Shown here in pieces: positions 36,686 through 46,717 of a stretch of DNA of 64,000 nt. This DNA comes from Escherichia phage APECc02. The notes under the pieces are model-generated. The model ran no database searches, was not told where the DNA came from, and saw only the letters and a program-made list of their open reading frames with translations. The stretch lies in the sequence record NC_041869.1; one strand, written 5' to 3'. Each line of letters begins with the position of its first letter. Position 1 is the first letter of the stretch. The translations under genes were made by a program, and so were the position numbers.

Positions 36686-39600
36686 TGCCAATTGCAATGA
36701 TTGATAACATCGTTGCTTCTGCAAGATCTTCAAGTTATGACTGGAACGCATCCAAGGCAGCTCTGGCTGACAGCCTGAACACTGTGACCACCAGAACTTT
36801 GGATAAGATTTTTGAGGGCAACAAATCTTACAGAAGTCAGCAAGATAGACAAAAGCTTCTCAGATCTTCTGCTGCACCTTGCTCTGTAGTGTATGGAAAG
36901 ACACGCACATCTGGATTGCTTGCGTTTTTGGAGCAGGATAGCGACAGAACCCTCCATTGTGCTATTGTTCTTGCCAATCACCCTCTGGAAGGTATAGAAG
37001 ATATACTTATCGACGGTAATCCTATTTCCTCGTATGGAGATCTGGTATCGTGGGAGCTACATAACGACAGAAAAACATCTGATCCTTTCATGGGTACACA
37101 CTGCCCATCATGGTCACCTGACATGATAGGTAGAGGGATCAGTTGGCTACGTGCCAGCTTCAGGTTTGACCCTAACAAGTTTCCTTTTGGGTTGCCAAAC
37201 GTTACACTCGTTAAGGTTGGTAAAAAATGCTATGATCCTCGCATCAGTAAAGAGGTGTATACCAATAACGCGGCCTTGGTGATTCTAGACTATTTAAGAA
37301 CGTACCTTAAATGTCCTGACGAAACCATCAACTGGGAGTCCTTCAAGGAGGCTGCTAACATATGCGACGAGGCGGTAAAAAACGCAGACGGAACCAGTGA
37401 GCGCCGATACACCATTAATGGCGAGTTTGACATGGACGAGGCTCCGGCAAGCATTATGGCAGAAATGCTGAAAGCTTGTGGCGCAGATCTCAGCTATGTA
37501 GCTGGTAAGTATGGTTTGCTGGTTGGTGCATACTATGGCCCGGCAACAATGACGCTGAGTGAGGATTGTGTCTGTGGTGAGGTCAAGATCTATCCGGAAG
37601 CCTCATTTGACAAAAGATCCAACACAATAACTGGCAGATTCACTAGTCCGACCAAAGGGTATTCTGAAACAGATTTTCCATCAGTGTTTGTCCCAGAGTG
37701 GATAGAGAAGGATGGAGAAAGAAAGATAATCGATATAGACTATCGCTTTGTTACCAGTCCTTATCAAGCTCAGCGTGTTTCTGCAATCTTCCTAAGACGT
37801 GCCAGAGCTGGCAGGATTATTGAAGTCACCTGCAATATGCGAGGTTTCAAATTTAAACCTGGTCGTTACGTTACAATGGACCTCCCAAGTATTGGTATAG
37901 TGGGCCAAGAAATGAGAGTTCTTGAATGGGAGTTTACCAAAAAGGGTGGTGTCAAGGTAAAACTTCGTCAAGATGCTAAAGAGTGGAATGATGCCACAGG
38001 ACAACTTCCGGATTCTGGCGATGTAGATATTCCAATATCTCCATCTGGTGTAGCTCAACCGCAAAACTTCAGATATTCCGTTCTCCAAGCTGGAGAAGTA
38101 ACTCACGGTGTTTTGGCTTGGGACAACGTTGGGACCTACGCTCAAAATATTGTGCAGGTAAGAAAGAACGGAGAGATTGTTTGGACAGCACAAACAGTTG
38201 AGCAGTTTGTCCGAGTAGAAGGCTTGACCAAAGGGTCATACACAGCAACCGTGGTTGCAACATCTTATAAAGGTGGCGTATCTCCGGAAGCATATTGTGA
38301 GTTCAACATTCAGGCACCTGAAGCTCCTGTTTCTGTGGAGGTTAAACAGGGATACTTTGCTATTACCCTGATCCCGCACAGCAGAGACTTGGCTAGTGTA
38401 AGCACCCAGTACGACTTTTGGACATCTGGGATGACAAGATTGCCAGATACCAGTGATGCAACCGTTACTTCAAAAGCCACTCGTATGGGTGTTGGTTCAA
38501 CTTGGACATCTGAAGGTCTGCAGAACGATAAGATTTATTACTGGTATATCAGGACAACAAATGCTTTTGGTTCATCTGCTTTTGTGGAGTGTGCAGCCCA
38601 CTGTTACACATCCATAGAAGATCTTATGCCACAGATTGATGCTGAGTTCAAAAAGACAGAGACTTATAAAGAGCTTACCGCCAATCTTGATAATGCAGTC
38701 AAGGAAATGGATAAAAATGTTGGTGCAGTCAATGACCGTGTTACTAGCATTTTTGAAGAGCTTGGGGATACAATAGAGGGTGTTGTCAGAGAGACGACAG
38801 AAAAATTTACAGGGGTTAATGGAGAAATTTCTGCCCTTAACAGTAAGCTGGTAGCAGCTCAGCAATCCTTTGACGATAAACTTGCAGCAGAGTCTGGTAG
38901 GCTTGGGTCACTAATCGAGACAACAAATAGATCAACCGTTGATCTTGTTAATCGTAAAACTCAAGCATTGAGTGAGCAAATAACTGCAACGCAAGGTACT
39001 CTGCGGGAAGAGTTGAAGAACACTGAGAGCAAACTTAACTCCTCTATTCAAGAAACCAACAAGGCAACAACCGATCTGCTAAATAAGACAACGGAAGCTA
39101 TTAAGCAGGATCTGGTGGCAGCTACAGGGAAGATCACCAAGCTGGAAGATGATGTGCAGAAAGAGGTTGCCAATCTGCAAGCATCTATTCAAGAAACTAA
39201 TAGTACAACAGTTGATCTTGTTAATAATACAGCCACAGCGATCCGTCAAGAACTTACCTCTGCAAAACAAGAAATTGTTGACGAAATGGGTAATATTGAT
39301 GAGCTCAGGGCTACAGTATCTAATACCTCTAAAGCTGTAACAACACTTGAGGGTAAAATAGATGCTCAGTGGGGAGCTAAGATTCAGGTAGACTCCGCAG
39401 GGAATAAATATGTTGCAGGTATCCAGCTGGGGATGGAAGGATCTGGGGGCCAAGTTCAATCCTACTTCATGGTTAGTGCAAACAATTTTGCGGTATACAA
39501 CCCCGGAAATGGAACAGCAACCCTTGCTTTCGCAATCAAGAACAACCAAGCGTTCTTGAAAGACGCTTTTATAGAGAATGGCACGATCTCCTCTGCCAAG

Positions 39601-40284
39601 ATCGCACAAGAAATTTCGTCAAACAACTACGACGGCAACGGGTACCATAAATACGGTTGGTATATTAACAAGAACGGGCACGCCCAATTCATGGATGTGT
39701 GGGTGAAAGGCAACATCAACGCCAGTTCTGGTAACTTCACAGGGGCAGTTAACGCCACTAGTGGTACCTTCCGTGGGGATGTTTATGCCAATAATGGTAG
39801 CTTTAGAGGCACCATAGATGCAACCGGAGGTACCTTCCGTGGTCGTGTAGAGGCTTCTGTTATCCGCGCTAACCAGTTCGAAGGTGCAATTGTTGCACAC
39901 AGGACTTACGGGGATTGTGCCCCAGTATATAACTCCCAGCAAAGGGTTTGCCGTTGGAGGTGGAGATACGTAGATAACGTTTCAGGTCAGGGTAAGAACG
40001 TAACATTCTTCTTTAAACTGAATGGTACTCTTGCCAGCTCCCAACTGAATGCATGGATAGCTGGTCATCAGATCCTTGCTGGCAAGAAGTATTTTAACGA
40101 CAACAACGGCATGTGTGCGGTAGGGATAACAGGTCTGGGTGAACAAACTATAGACATTGTTATCGAGATTTACACACCGTGGTCAACGTCGAGCGTGACA
40201 GGTGTCACAATCTCCTGTCCTACTGTGATAGTAAGTCGTTCAAACTCTAGCTTCCAGGGACCTTGGAACGAGTCTCACGACTAA
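36685..40284 (+). CDS. host specificity protein J-like central tail fibre
   Basis: 1199 aa; segments QGYFAITLIPH, IYYWYIRTTNAFGSSAFVE, KYVAGIQLGMEG align with lambda gpJ (recalled from memory, not searched); C-terminal G(S/T)FRG repeats. Confidence 0.65.
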   Translation: MPIAMIDNIVASARSSSYDWNASKAALADSLNTVTTRTLDKIFEGNKSYRSQQDRQKLLRSSAAPCSVVYGKTRTSGLLAFLEQDSDRTLHCAIVLANHPLEGIEDILIDGNPISSYGDLVSWELHNDRKTSDPFMGTHCPSWSPDMIGRGISWLRASFRFDPNKFPFGLPNVTLVKVGKKCYDPRISKEVYTNNAALVILDYLRTYLKCPDETINWESFKEAANICDEAVKNADGTSERRYTINGEFDMDEAPASIMAEMLKACGADLSYVAGKYGLLVGAYYGPATMTLSEDCVCGEVKIYPEASFDKRSNTITGRFTSPTKGYSETDFPSVFVPEWIEKDGERKIIDIDYRFVTSPYQAQRVSAIFLRRARAGRIIEVTCNMRGFKFKPGRYVTMDLPSIGIVGQEMRVLEWEFTKKGGVKVKLRQDAKEWNDATGQLPDSGDVDIPISPSGVAQPQNFRYSVLQAGEVTHGVLAWDNVGTYAQNIVQVRKNGEIVWTAQTVEQFVRVEGLTKGSYTATVVATSYKGGVSPEAYCEFNIQAPEAPVSVEVKQGYFAITLIPHSRDLASVSTQYDFWTSGMTRLPDTSDATVTSKATRMGVGSTWTSEGLQNDKIYYWYIRTTNAFGSSAFVECAAHCYTSIEDLMPQIDAEFKKTETYKELTANLDNAVKEMDKNVGAVNDRVTSIFEELGDTIEGVVRETTEKFTGVNGEISALNSKLVAAQQSFDDKLAAESGRLGSLIETTNRSTVDLVNRKTQALSEQITATQGTLREELKNTESKLNSSIQETNKATTDLLNKTTEAIKQDLVAATGKITKLEDDVQKEVANLQASIQETNSTTVDLVNNTATAIRQELTSAKQEIVDEMGNIDELRATVSNTSKAVTTLEGKIDAQWGAKIQVDSAGNKYVAGIQLGMEGSGGQVQSYFMVSANNFAVYNPGNGTATLAFAIKNNQAFLKDAFIENGTISSAKIAQEISSNNYDGNGYHKYGWYINKNGHAQFMDVWVKGNINASSGNFTGAVNATSGTFRGDVYANNGSFRGTIDATGGTFRGRVEASVIRANQFEGAIVAHRTYGDCAPVYNSQQRVCRWRWRYVDNVSGQGKNVTFFFKLNGTLASSQLNAWIAGHQILAGKKYFNDNNGMCAVGITGLGEQTIDIVIEIYTPWSTSSVTGVTISCPTVIVSRSNSSFQGPWNESHD

Positions 40285-40292
40285 CCTTTAAA

Positions 40293-40318
40293 GCCCCGCT
40301 TCGGCGGGGTTTATTTTT
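40293..40318 (+). terminator. rho-independent terminator
   Basis: CCCCGC-TTCG-GCGGGG then TTTATTTTTAT. Confidence 0.7.
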
Positions 40319-40327
40319 ATGCTCAGA

Positions 40328-40356
40328 TTGACTATTGTTACAAAATTTGGTAAAAT
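40328..40356 (+). promoter_or_regulatory. promoter TTGACT-17-TAAAAT (TGGTAAAAT)
   Basis: -35 40328-40333, -10 40351-40356. Confidence 0.5.
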
Positions 40357-40389
40357 ACCTTGTAGAGATTTTCATACCGGAGGAGTGAC

Positions 40390-41880
40390 GTGGCTAAGTA
40401 TGGATTGACAGAGGCTGGTTTCGTTATACCAACCCTAAATGACCTAATCGTTGAAACTAAGCAAAGCCTGATCCGTGCTTTTGGCGAAAACTTCAACGTA
40501 CAGAGTAACTCCGTTGCAGATAAGCTGACCACTATCTTCAACGAGCGAGAGTATCAACTTATTCTTATGGCAGCATCTGTATACGCATCACAGACGCTGT
40601 ATGGGGCAGAAGGTATTTATCTGGATGAGCTTCTTGGAAGACAGGGTATTTACCGAAGAGGCCGTTCTAAATCATCAGGTACCTGCCAGTTGACGATCAA
40701 CACAACTGTGCCGTACAATATGATTTATGATTCCAAAACTTATACGCTGGATAGTGGCAACTTTGTTCTTAGCAATGATGTGCAAGTGGCAGGGAATCTT
40801 ATTGCTCACAGAATAAATGCTCCAGACCTGAGGATTGGTAAATACAACTTTCAAATTACCAACCAGACAGATGGAAGTATCAAAACAAAAAGTTTGGTTT
40901 TAACAGATAAGGCTCTGGACTCTTCTGATCTGCCAAGCTTTTACGGAGAGATTAAGCAATTCATTGTCGATAATACAACCCTGTTGAACGACGATTTGAT
41001 TCAGATCGATATGTTGACAGGAACGTTGTGGATAGGGTACAATTCGAATCTTGATCAAGTTGGACTTAATAGTAGGGTAGATTTCAGAGTATCCCCGATT
41101 GTAGGGGAAAGAACTATCACCCTGGATGTTATCGCTAACGAGGCTGGTGAGCTGTCAAGAGAGGCAGAAACCGTGACAACAATGTCACCTACTCCCAGTG
41201 GATTTATCAAGCTTACCAACAGAGAAAGATTCAATGAGGGCAGGGATGTTGAGAAAGACTCAGAGTATCGCTTAAGAGCTTCCAGCACAAAACAGTTAAC
41301 ATCTAAGGCTACCCGTCCTGCAATCCTTAGCGCTGTAAGCGAGGTGAAAGGTGTTGAGAAAGTGAGAGTGTTCTCTAACAATACCGATAAAACTGATGCT
41401 AAAGGTATACCTCCTTACAAGTTCCAAGTGGTTGTGTTTGGTGGTGCAACGGAGGACATTTGCCAAGCACTTTACCAAACTATAGCCTGTACGAACAGGA
41501 CTTATGGTAATATTTTCTACGATGTCACTACATCTGACGGTCAAACTGAAAGAATTTATTACTCCAAGGCAAATACCTACCGCTTGGATGTAAGAATTAC
41601 CTACTCCGGTGCTGCGCTTTCCACAACCGAAAAAGATGCCATTGTAGAGGCTCTTTTGCAGGTTGTTAACGGACTGGATGTTGCAGATACGTTATACAAT
41701 ATCCAATTGGTCGGTGCTGCATCCGCTGCTGTGTCAATAGGCAGATTTAATAGACTGGTAATTCAAGTTAAATCCGTAGGAGCTTCTGATGAAGCTTACA
41801 CTACAAACGATATTGTTGCGAACATGACCGAGGTGTTTGACCTCGACGAAAGTAATATAACTTTCCAACAAACTATTTAA
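40390..41880 (+). CDS. baseplate J-like/tail protein (putative)
   Basis: GTG start; segment GIYLDELLGRQGIYRRGRSKSSGTCQLT resembles baseplate J family signature. Confidence 0.4.
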   Translation: MAKYGLTEAGFVIPTLNDLIVETKQSLIRAFGENFNVQSNSVADKLTTIFNEREYQLILMAASVYASQTLYGAEGIYLDELLGRQGIYRRGRSKSSGTCQLTINTTVPYNMIYDSKTYTLDSGNFVLSNDVQVAGNLIAHRINAPDLRIGKYNFQITNQTDGSIKTKSLVLTDKALDSSDLPSFYGEIKQFIVDNTTLLNDDLIQIDMLTGTLWIGYNSNLDQVGLNSRVDFRVSPIVGERTITLDVIANEAGELSREAETVTTMSPTPSGFIKLTNRERFNEGRDVEKDSEYRLRASSTKQLTSKATRPAILSAVSEVKGVEKVRVFSNNTDKTDAKGIPPYKFQVVVFGGATEDICQALYQTIACTNRTYGNIFYDVTTSDGQTERIYYSKANTYRLDVRITYSGAALSTTEKDAIVEALLQVVNGLDVADTLYNIQLVGAASAAVSIGRFNRLVIQVKSVGASDEAYTTNDIVANMTEVFDLDESNITFQQTI

Positions 41881-41891
41881 GGCGGCGAGAT

Positions 41892-42578
41892 ATGGCAGAG
41901 ATTAAGTCGGATGTTAACCACATCCACACTCTGCCAGATTTTGTTCAGGGGGGTCTTGACTACCTGCCTGGAGATTTTCTGGCTGAGAAGGTTAATTTAG
42001 TCACATTCTTAACCGTATACCTTAAAAGGTTGGAGGATGTTGATAAGATGCTGGTAGGTTTGGCTGAAGGAAGATTGCTTAACAATGCCAGCGGAAGATA
42101 CCTTGACGAAGTTGGTAATCAACTTGGTATTCTTAGGAATGGACTTTCAGATGCTGATTTTCGTGCCACACTAATTATTCAGCAGGCCGCAGCATCAAGG
42201 GGCGGGACTCGCGAAGATGTCATCTCCACCTTGCGACAATTGTTCGGAAGAGACAATTTCGATACGTGGAAAGGAGACAACTTCAGGTTTGACATAAATA
42301 TTAGAAAAACTTGCTTTGACATATTGCAGTCTATAGATCAGATCTTAGATATGCTACCATTGCCTTGTCATTTGCGTCTTACAGAATCGCAAGGGCAAGC
42401 TTTTGGTTTTGAAGGGGACTCTACAGCTCTTGGCTTCGGATCAGTGTGGGAAGAAAACCAATTCGGAGTTGGTGGGCTGGCTACTTTGCTATATGTTCCT
42501 GACGTAAGACCTGATTGGGACACCACAACCATTTATTGTGAAAGTATTACAGTAAACGCAACTAGACAGGAGGGTTAA
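41892..42578 (+). CDS. hypothetical tail protein
   Basis: 228 aa. Confidence 0.35.
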   Translation: MAEIKSDVNHIHTLPDFVQGGLDYLPGDFLAEKVNLVTFLTVYLKRLEDVDKMLVGLAEGRLLNNASGRYLDEVGNQLGILRNGLSDADFRATLIIQQAAASRGGTREDVISTLRQLFGRDNFDTWKGDNFRFDINIRKTCFDILQSIDQILDMLPLPCHLRLTESQGQAFGFEGDSTALGFGSVWEENQFGVGGLATLLYVPDVRPDWDTTTIYCESITVNATRQEG

Positions 42579-44650
42579 TGGCAACAGCTGTTTTTAAACC
42601 TTACCGTGATTACTCTACAATGGCTGCACAGTTTCACTACCGAACAGTTCAGGATACTGCCGTTCCTGGTAGGGATTATAATCATGTTGAGGGCGATGTA
42701 ACTATCCCAATTGGGGCAACCAGTATTGAGATCCCCGTGGAAATTGTTGACAAATTACCCAACAGGTTACCAAGAAGCTTCTTTATGGAGTTTTCATCAA
42801 AATCTCAAGGGGTGATGATTGGGACACAAAGGGCGAAATGTACAATAGTTTCAGATGAGAATCTTGACAGGATATCCTGGGATACTGTTGAGGAGAGAAT
42901 GTTTCACCCAAGATATTGGGTTACAACCACTCAGCAGACTGAAAGTACCTGTATTGTTGCAGATGACAACTGTTGTATTAACCGTTTAGTGTCAAGAACA
43001 TATGGAGGTATGGCTGGGTGCATTTGGGAAACAGTTGACAAGTATGACCATTTCGGTATTGGGTTTGATGATCACTATGAGATGAGAAACACCAAGCTTT
43101 GGTTCAGAATGTCAATAACCAATGCCAGCAACTTCTCCACTCCTGAAAAGATGATTATGACTGTAGACCTTGTTGATGGCACAATCATCTATGTTCCTTT
43201 AGCTCAATATGCTGTCAGCATCTCAGAGGATAAGAATGTTGCAGAGATTCATATTGATTTCGAGGACTGCGTCGGGATGGATCAGAACAACAACATGATG
43301 GGTGTTGATCCTCGGCAGGTGAGAAGGATTTTAATACCGCTTATGCCTAAAGACTGGGTAAGTAATAGCACAGACCCGAGAACGGAAAATGTAGAGTGTG
43401 AGTTGCGCCTAGATCTGCTTCAGCCAGACACGGGCTGGAAAATGATGCAACTTAACAATATTCAGGTTAAAGAGCACGACGTCGGGATCTGCACCGCATA
43501 TGACGATATGTGGAACGTATCTCCTTTAAGGGTGTTGAACAATATCAAGCGTCTGGGCTATACCGGAACCATAAACCACTATGTTGGTATGAGTCATTAT
43601 TATGACTACACATGGTCAGGAACCCAATGGTCTATAAACAGAACAGGGGCGCTAAACGCTGCAGCTTATAAATGGCATGATGATTTTATGTACAATGCCA
43701 AACGACACAACTTCGACGTTATGCAGTCTGTAAGTTTTGAGCTTTACAGCGATGCCTGTCCGTTGGAATGGACCCAAAGAGACTGGAACGATAACTACGC
43801 TAAAACAGGGTATACACCTTGTAGCTACCTCCTGTCTCCAACCATTGAAGAGGGTATGAATTTCCTTACGGCAGTATTTAAGAATTTTGCATCAGCCGCT
43901 ATGAGAAACAACCTGCCAGTGATTATGCAGGTTGGTGAACCGTGGTGGTGGTTCAATACCGATACTCGTAGACCTTGTATTTATGATTACCCTACAAAAC
44001 AGGCGTTTTATGATGAGACAGGTGAGTATGCATTAGATATTGGGACTATTGACGATCCTAAAACTGGCGGTGTTTACGACAAGTATGTAGCATTTTGTCG
44101 TGGTAAGCTTGGCGCTCGTATTGCGGCTATTTCAAAGGCAATAAAGGCACACGCTGCATCAGCTCAGATGACAGCTTTACTGTTTTTCCCAACTATTATG
44201 GAAACCGAGCTTACGCAAAAGCTGAACCTTGCCGACCAATATAAAAAAGAAGCAGGTGCTCTTGATTTCTTCTGCACCGAGTGCTACGATTGGGTGATGC
44301 AGGGAGGTATTGAAAAGGCAAAAGAGTCTGTAAACATACCTATCGTTAAGTTAGGTTGGCAACCGTCTGAAATACAATACCTTGCAGGGTTCGTTCCTAG
44401 TAAAGAGCTTGCTCCGGTATATGGCTACGACCCAACCAGGAATTACCAAGAATTTTTATGGAGATGTATTTGCGGAAACATGGCAACTATAGAGTATAGA
44501 TATCCTGAGGTAAAACAGTATGTGTGGGCATACCCGCAAGTAATGTCTGACAGCATCACTGTTACCGCTAGAGATTCTACCGTGCTTCATATGGGGCAGG
44601 TTGCTCTGAAAGGGTATGTAGAAGATGTTGTCCCGCCAGACTTCTCATAA
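42578..44650 (+). CDS. tail fibre/tailspike protein, possible glycosidase-like C-terminal domain
   Basis: 690 aa, aromatic-rich C-terminal half. Confidence 0.4.
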   Translation: MATAVFKPYRDYSTMAAQFHYRTVQDTAVPGRDYNHVEGDVTIPIGATSIEIPVEIVDKLPNRLPRSFFMEFSSKSQGVMIGTQRAKCTIVSDENLDRISWDTVEERMFHPRYWVTTTQQTESTCIVADDNCCINRLVSRTYGGMAGCIWETVDKYDHFGIGFDDHYEMRNTKLWFRMSITNASNFSTPEKMIMTVDLVDGTIIYVPLAQYAVSISEDKNVAEIHIDFEDCVGMDQNNNMMGVDPRQVRRILIPLMPKDWVSNSTDPRTENVECELRLDLLQPDTGWKMMQLNNIQVKEHDVGICTAYDDMWNVSPLRVLNNIKRLGYTGTINHYVGMSHYYDYTWSGTQWSINRTGALNAAAYKWHDDFMYNAKRHNFDVMQSVSFELYSDACPLEWTQRDWNDNYAKTGYTPCSYLLSPTIEEGMNFLTAVFKNFASAAMRNNLPVIMQVGEPWWWFNTDTRRPCIYDYPTKQAFYDETGEYALDIGTIDDPKTGGVYDKYVAFCRGKLGARIAAISKAIKAHAASAQMTALLFFPTIMETELTQKLNLADQYKKEAGALDFFCTECYDWVMQGGIEKAKESVNIPIVKLGWQPSEIQYLAGFVPSKELAPVYGYDPTRNYQEFLWRCICGNMATIEYRYPEVKQYVWAYPQVMSDSITVTARDSTVLHMGQVALKGYVEDVVPPDFS

Positions 44651-44662
44651 TCAGGAGATAAA

Positions 44663-45703
44663 ATGTCAAAACCTAGTTTTCCATTAGAGATTTGGGCAGA
44701 GGAGGATCAGGTTCTGCCTAACACCCACAGACAGAACAGGCTACGCCCGATTGATGATTTGTGGAGAAAAGGTTGGGATCTTGGTCAAAAGCCCTCATGT
44801 GAAGAACTTAACTATATTTTCAATATGCTCGGGACTTGGGCAAAATACATTGCTGACGAGCAGATCCCCGCTCAAGAAGGCCGTTATCTGGTACGTGATA
44901 ATAACTTGAGCGATCTTTTGAACATCCCTGTTGCCCGTAGAAACCTTGGGATTATCACTAAGGAAGAGGCAGACGCCAGGTATGTAAAAGTTACAGGTGA
45001 TACAATGACAGGCCCCTTGGGGTTGCAACGTATCAACTTTAAAGCTGCCGAGACAGATAAGGCTTGGATAGAGACAACTATTGGCCCAGATAAGACAACT
45101 CTCGACTTTGGGTTAAGTGATAATACCGGGTCGTTTGATGATGGTGGTACATCTACAGTGGATGCGTTCCGTTGGAGATTCCAGCCAACTCAGCCGGATA
45201 TTAATCCAGAGTTCACTTTGATGTACCTTAACGCGATCACGGCTAACCGTGCGCTGTTGAAAGTGGTAGGCAATGTTGAAGTTGTCGATAACATGAGGTG
45301 CAATAACCTTACTATCAGCAATACAGCGACATTCACCAACTGTAATGTGGCTAGTCAGTTGACGGCTGGGTCAGTGTATGTTAATGGTGGTGCAAGTTGT
45401 GACAGTATGGTTGTAAGAAGCCAGCACTGTGTTGTCGGTAACAGAAATGTGGTTCGCTCTGTGAACGGAGTGACGGCTAACGGTAACGGTGATGTAACGA
45501 TCACTATCCCGCAGACAGGTGTGCAAGACATCAGAATCGGTGCAAGACTTGTGGACGGAGTTTCTGAATCTCCAATCCGCAACGGCTACGTTGTCACAGG
45601 CTGGCATTTCGGTGACAAAAAAGAGATGCGTGGTTCAACCTACTGGGCAGGACCTTTACAAAAACTTGTAAATGGTCAATGGATCACTGTTAATTATGCA
45701 TAG
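44663..45703 (+). CDS. receptor-binding tail fibre protein (paralog A)
   Basis: 346 aa; termini conserved with 46718 gene (ends GPLQKLVNGQWITVNYA). Confidence 0.55.
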   Translation: MSKPSFPLEIWAEEDQVLPNTHRQNRLRPIDDLWRKGWDLGQKPSCEELNYIFNMLGTWAKYIADEQIPAQEGRYLVRDNNLSDLLNIPVARRNLGIITKEEADARYVKVTGDTMTGPLGLQRINFKAAETDKAWIETTIGPDKTTLDFGLSDNTGSFDDGGTSTVDAFRWRFQPTQPDINPEFTLMYLNAITANRALLKVVGNVEVVDNMRCNNLTISNTATFTNCNVASQLTAGSVYVNGGASCDSMVVRSQHCVVGNRNVVRSVNGVTANGNGDVTITIPQTGVQDIRIGARLVDGVSESPIRNGYVVTGWHFGDKKEMRGSTYWAGPLQKLVNGQWITVNYA

Positions 45704-45717
45704 ATCGGAGGACTAGC

Positions 45718-46302
45718 ATGAAAATACTTCAAGAGTTTAAACTTTACCAACCGGGATCTGGCGAATACCGCACCAACAAGGAAACCAAGGAGCTGACCCC
45801 TCAAGAGGTTGAGGATTACACAGCATACACTGGGTATTTTTTACGTAATGATGATGGCGATTGGTATGTGCAGTCACGAACATTGCGACAAGAAAATCCG
45901 GGTTGTATCTTCCTACTTGTTGACGAGAAGGGAATTCTTAAGACATCTACAGAAGAACCTGATGCCTTATGGCCTGCTCCAGGTCTTCGTGTGGTTATCG
46001 CCAAAAAAGAAGAGGTACCAGAAAACATTATGCTTCACCACGACGCTTTGCGTTTAGTTGGTGATGAATTTGTCACAGATAATGAATTCTTTGTTCAACA
46101 GGCAGAGGGTGTCATAGAGACAGAACTTGCTTGGGCTACTGCTAGAATTGGTGCCTATCAAGACGTGATTGACCTTGAATATGATCTTACTGATGACCAG
46201 AAACGTAACATCAGAGATTTGAAAATGTACAGGGTAAAACTTCTTGAAATAGATACATCTAAAGCCCCTGACATTTTCTTCCCGGAGCGACCTACCCTCT
46301 AA
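45718..46302 (+). CDS. tail fibre assembly protein (Tfa-like)
   Basis: 194 aa; C-terminal DDQKRNIRDLKMYRVKLLEIDTSKAPDIFFPERP matches the conserved Tfa ending. Confidence 0.7.
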   Translation: MKILQEFKLYQPGSGEYRTNKETKELTPQEVEDYTAYTGYFLRNDDGDWYVQSRTLRQENPGCIFLLVDEKGILKTSTEEPDALWPAPGLRVVIAKKEEVPENIMLHHDALRLVGDEFVTDNEFFVQQAEGVIETELAWATARIGAYQDVIDLEYDLTDDQKRNIRDLKMYRVKLLEIDTSKAPDIFFPERPTL

Positions 46303-46313
46303 GAGGAGGTGTT

Positions 46314-46628
46314 GTGGAGTTGGATTTGGCGGCATTGTACGGTATCTGCATGGGTACCGTTGTCCCGATCTGTGTATGGGCTTTCAACCAGTGGCACACC
46401 AAATGGAAAGGCATTTCCAAGAGGTTGGATGAACTGGAGAAAGACCTCATCTTAGTGAAAAACAGTATGGTTACAAAAGATAAACTTGATTCCGTTATCG
46501 AGACCCGGTTAAGCAAGCTAGAGGCCGATATTAACGACCTTAAGCAGGATGTCAGGACAGATGTCTCCGGTATCCGAGCTGATGTACAAAAGATTTTGCA
46601 CATGCTCGTAGAGCATAGTAAAAGGTAA
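46314..46628 (+). CDS. hypothetical membrane-anchored coiled-coil protein
   Basis: GTG start with AGGAGG RBS; N-terminal hydrophobic helix LAALYGICMGTVVPICVWAF. Confidence 0.45.
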   Translation: MELDLAALYGICMGTVVPICVWAFNQWHTKWKGISKRLDELEKDLILVKNSMVTKDKLDSVIETRLSKLEADINDLKQDVRTDVSGIRADVQKILHMLVEHSKR

Positions 46629-46717
46629 ACAAAGGTCAGAACGGAAAGGACTCCGTTCTTGCATTTTGTTCTCTAAAGTGTTAAAATAGTCCTAAGGAAT
46701 TTTCTCAGGAGAACGCG

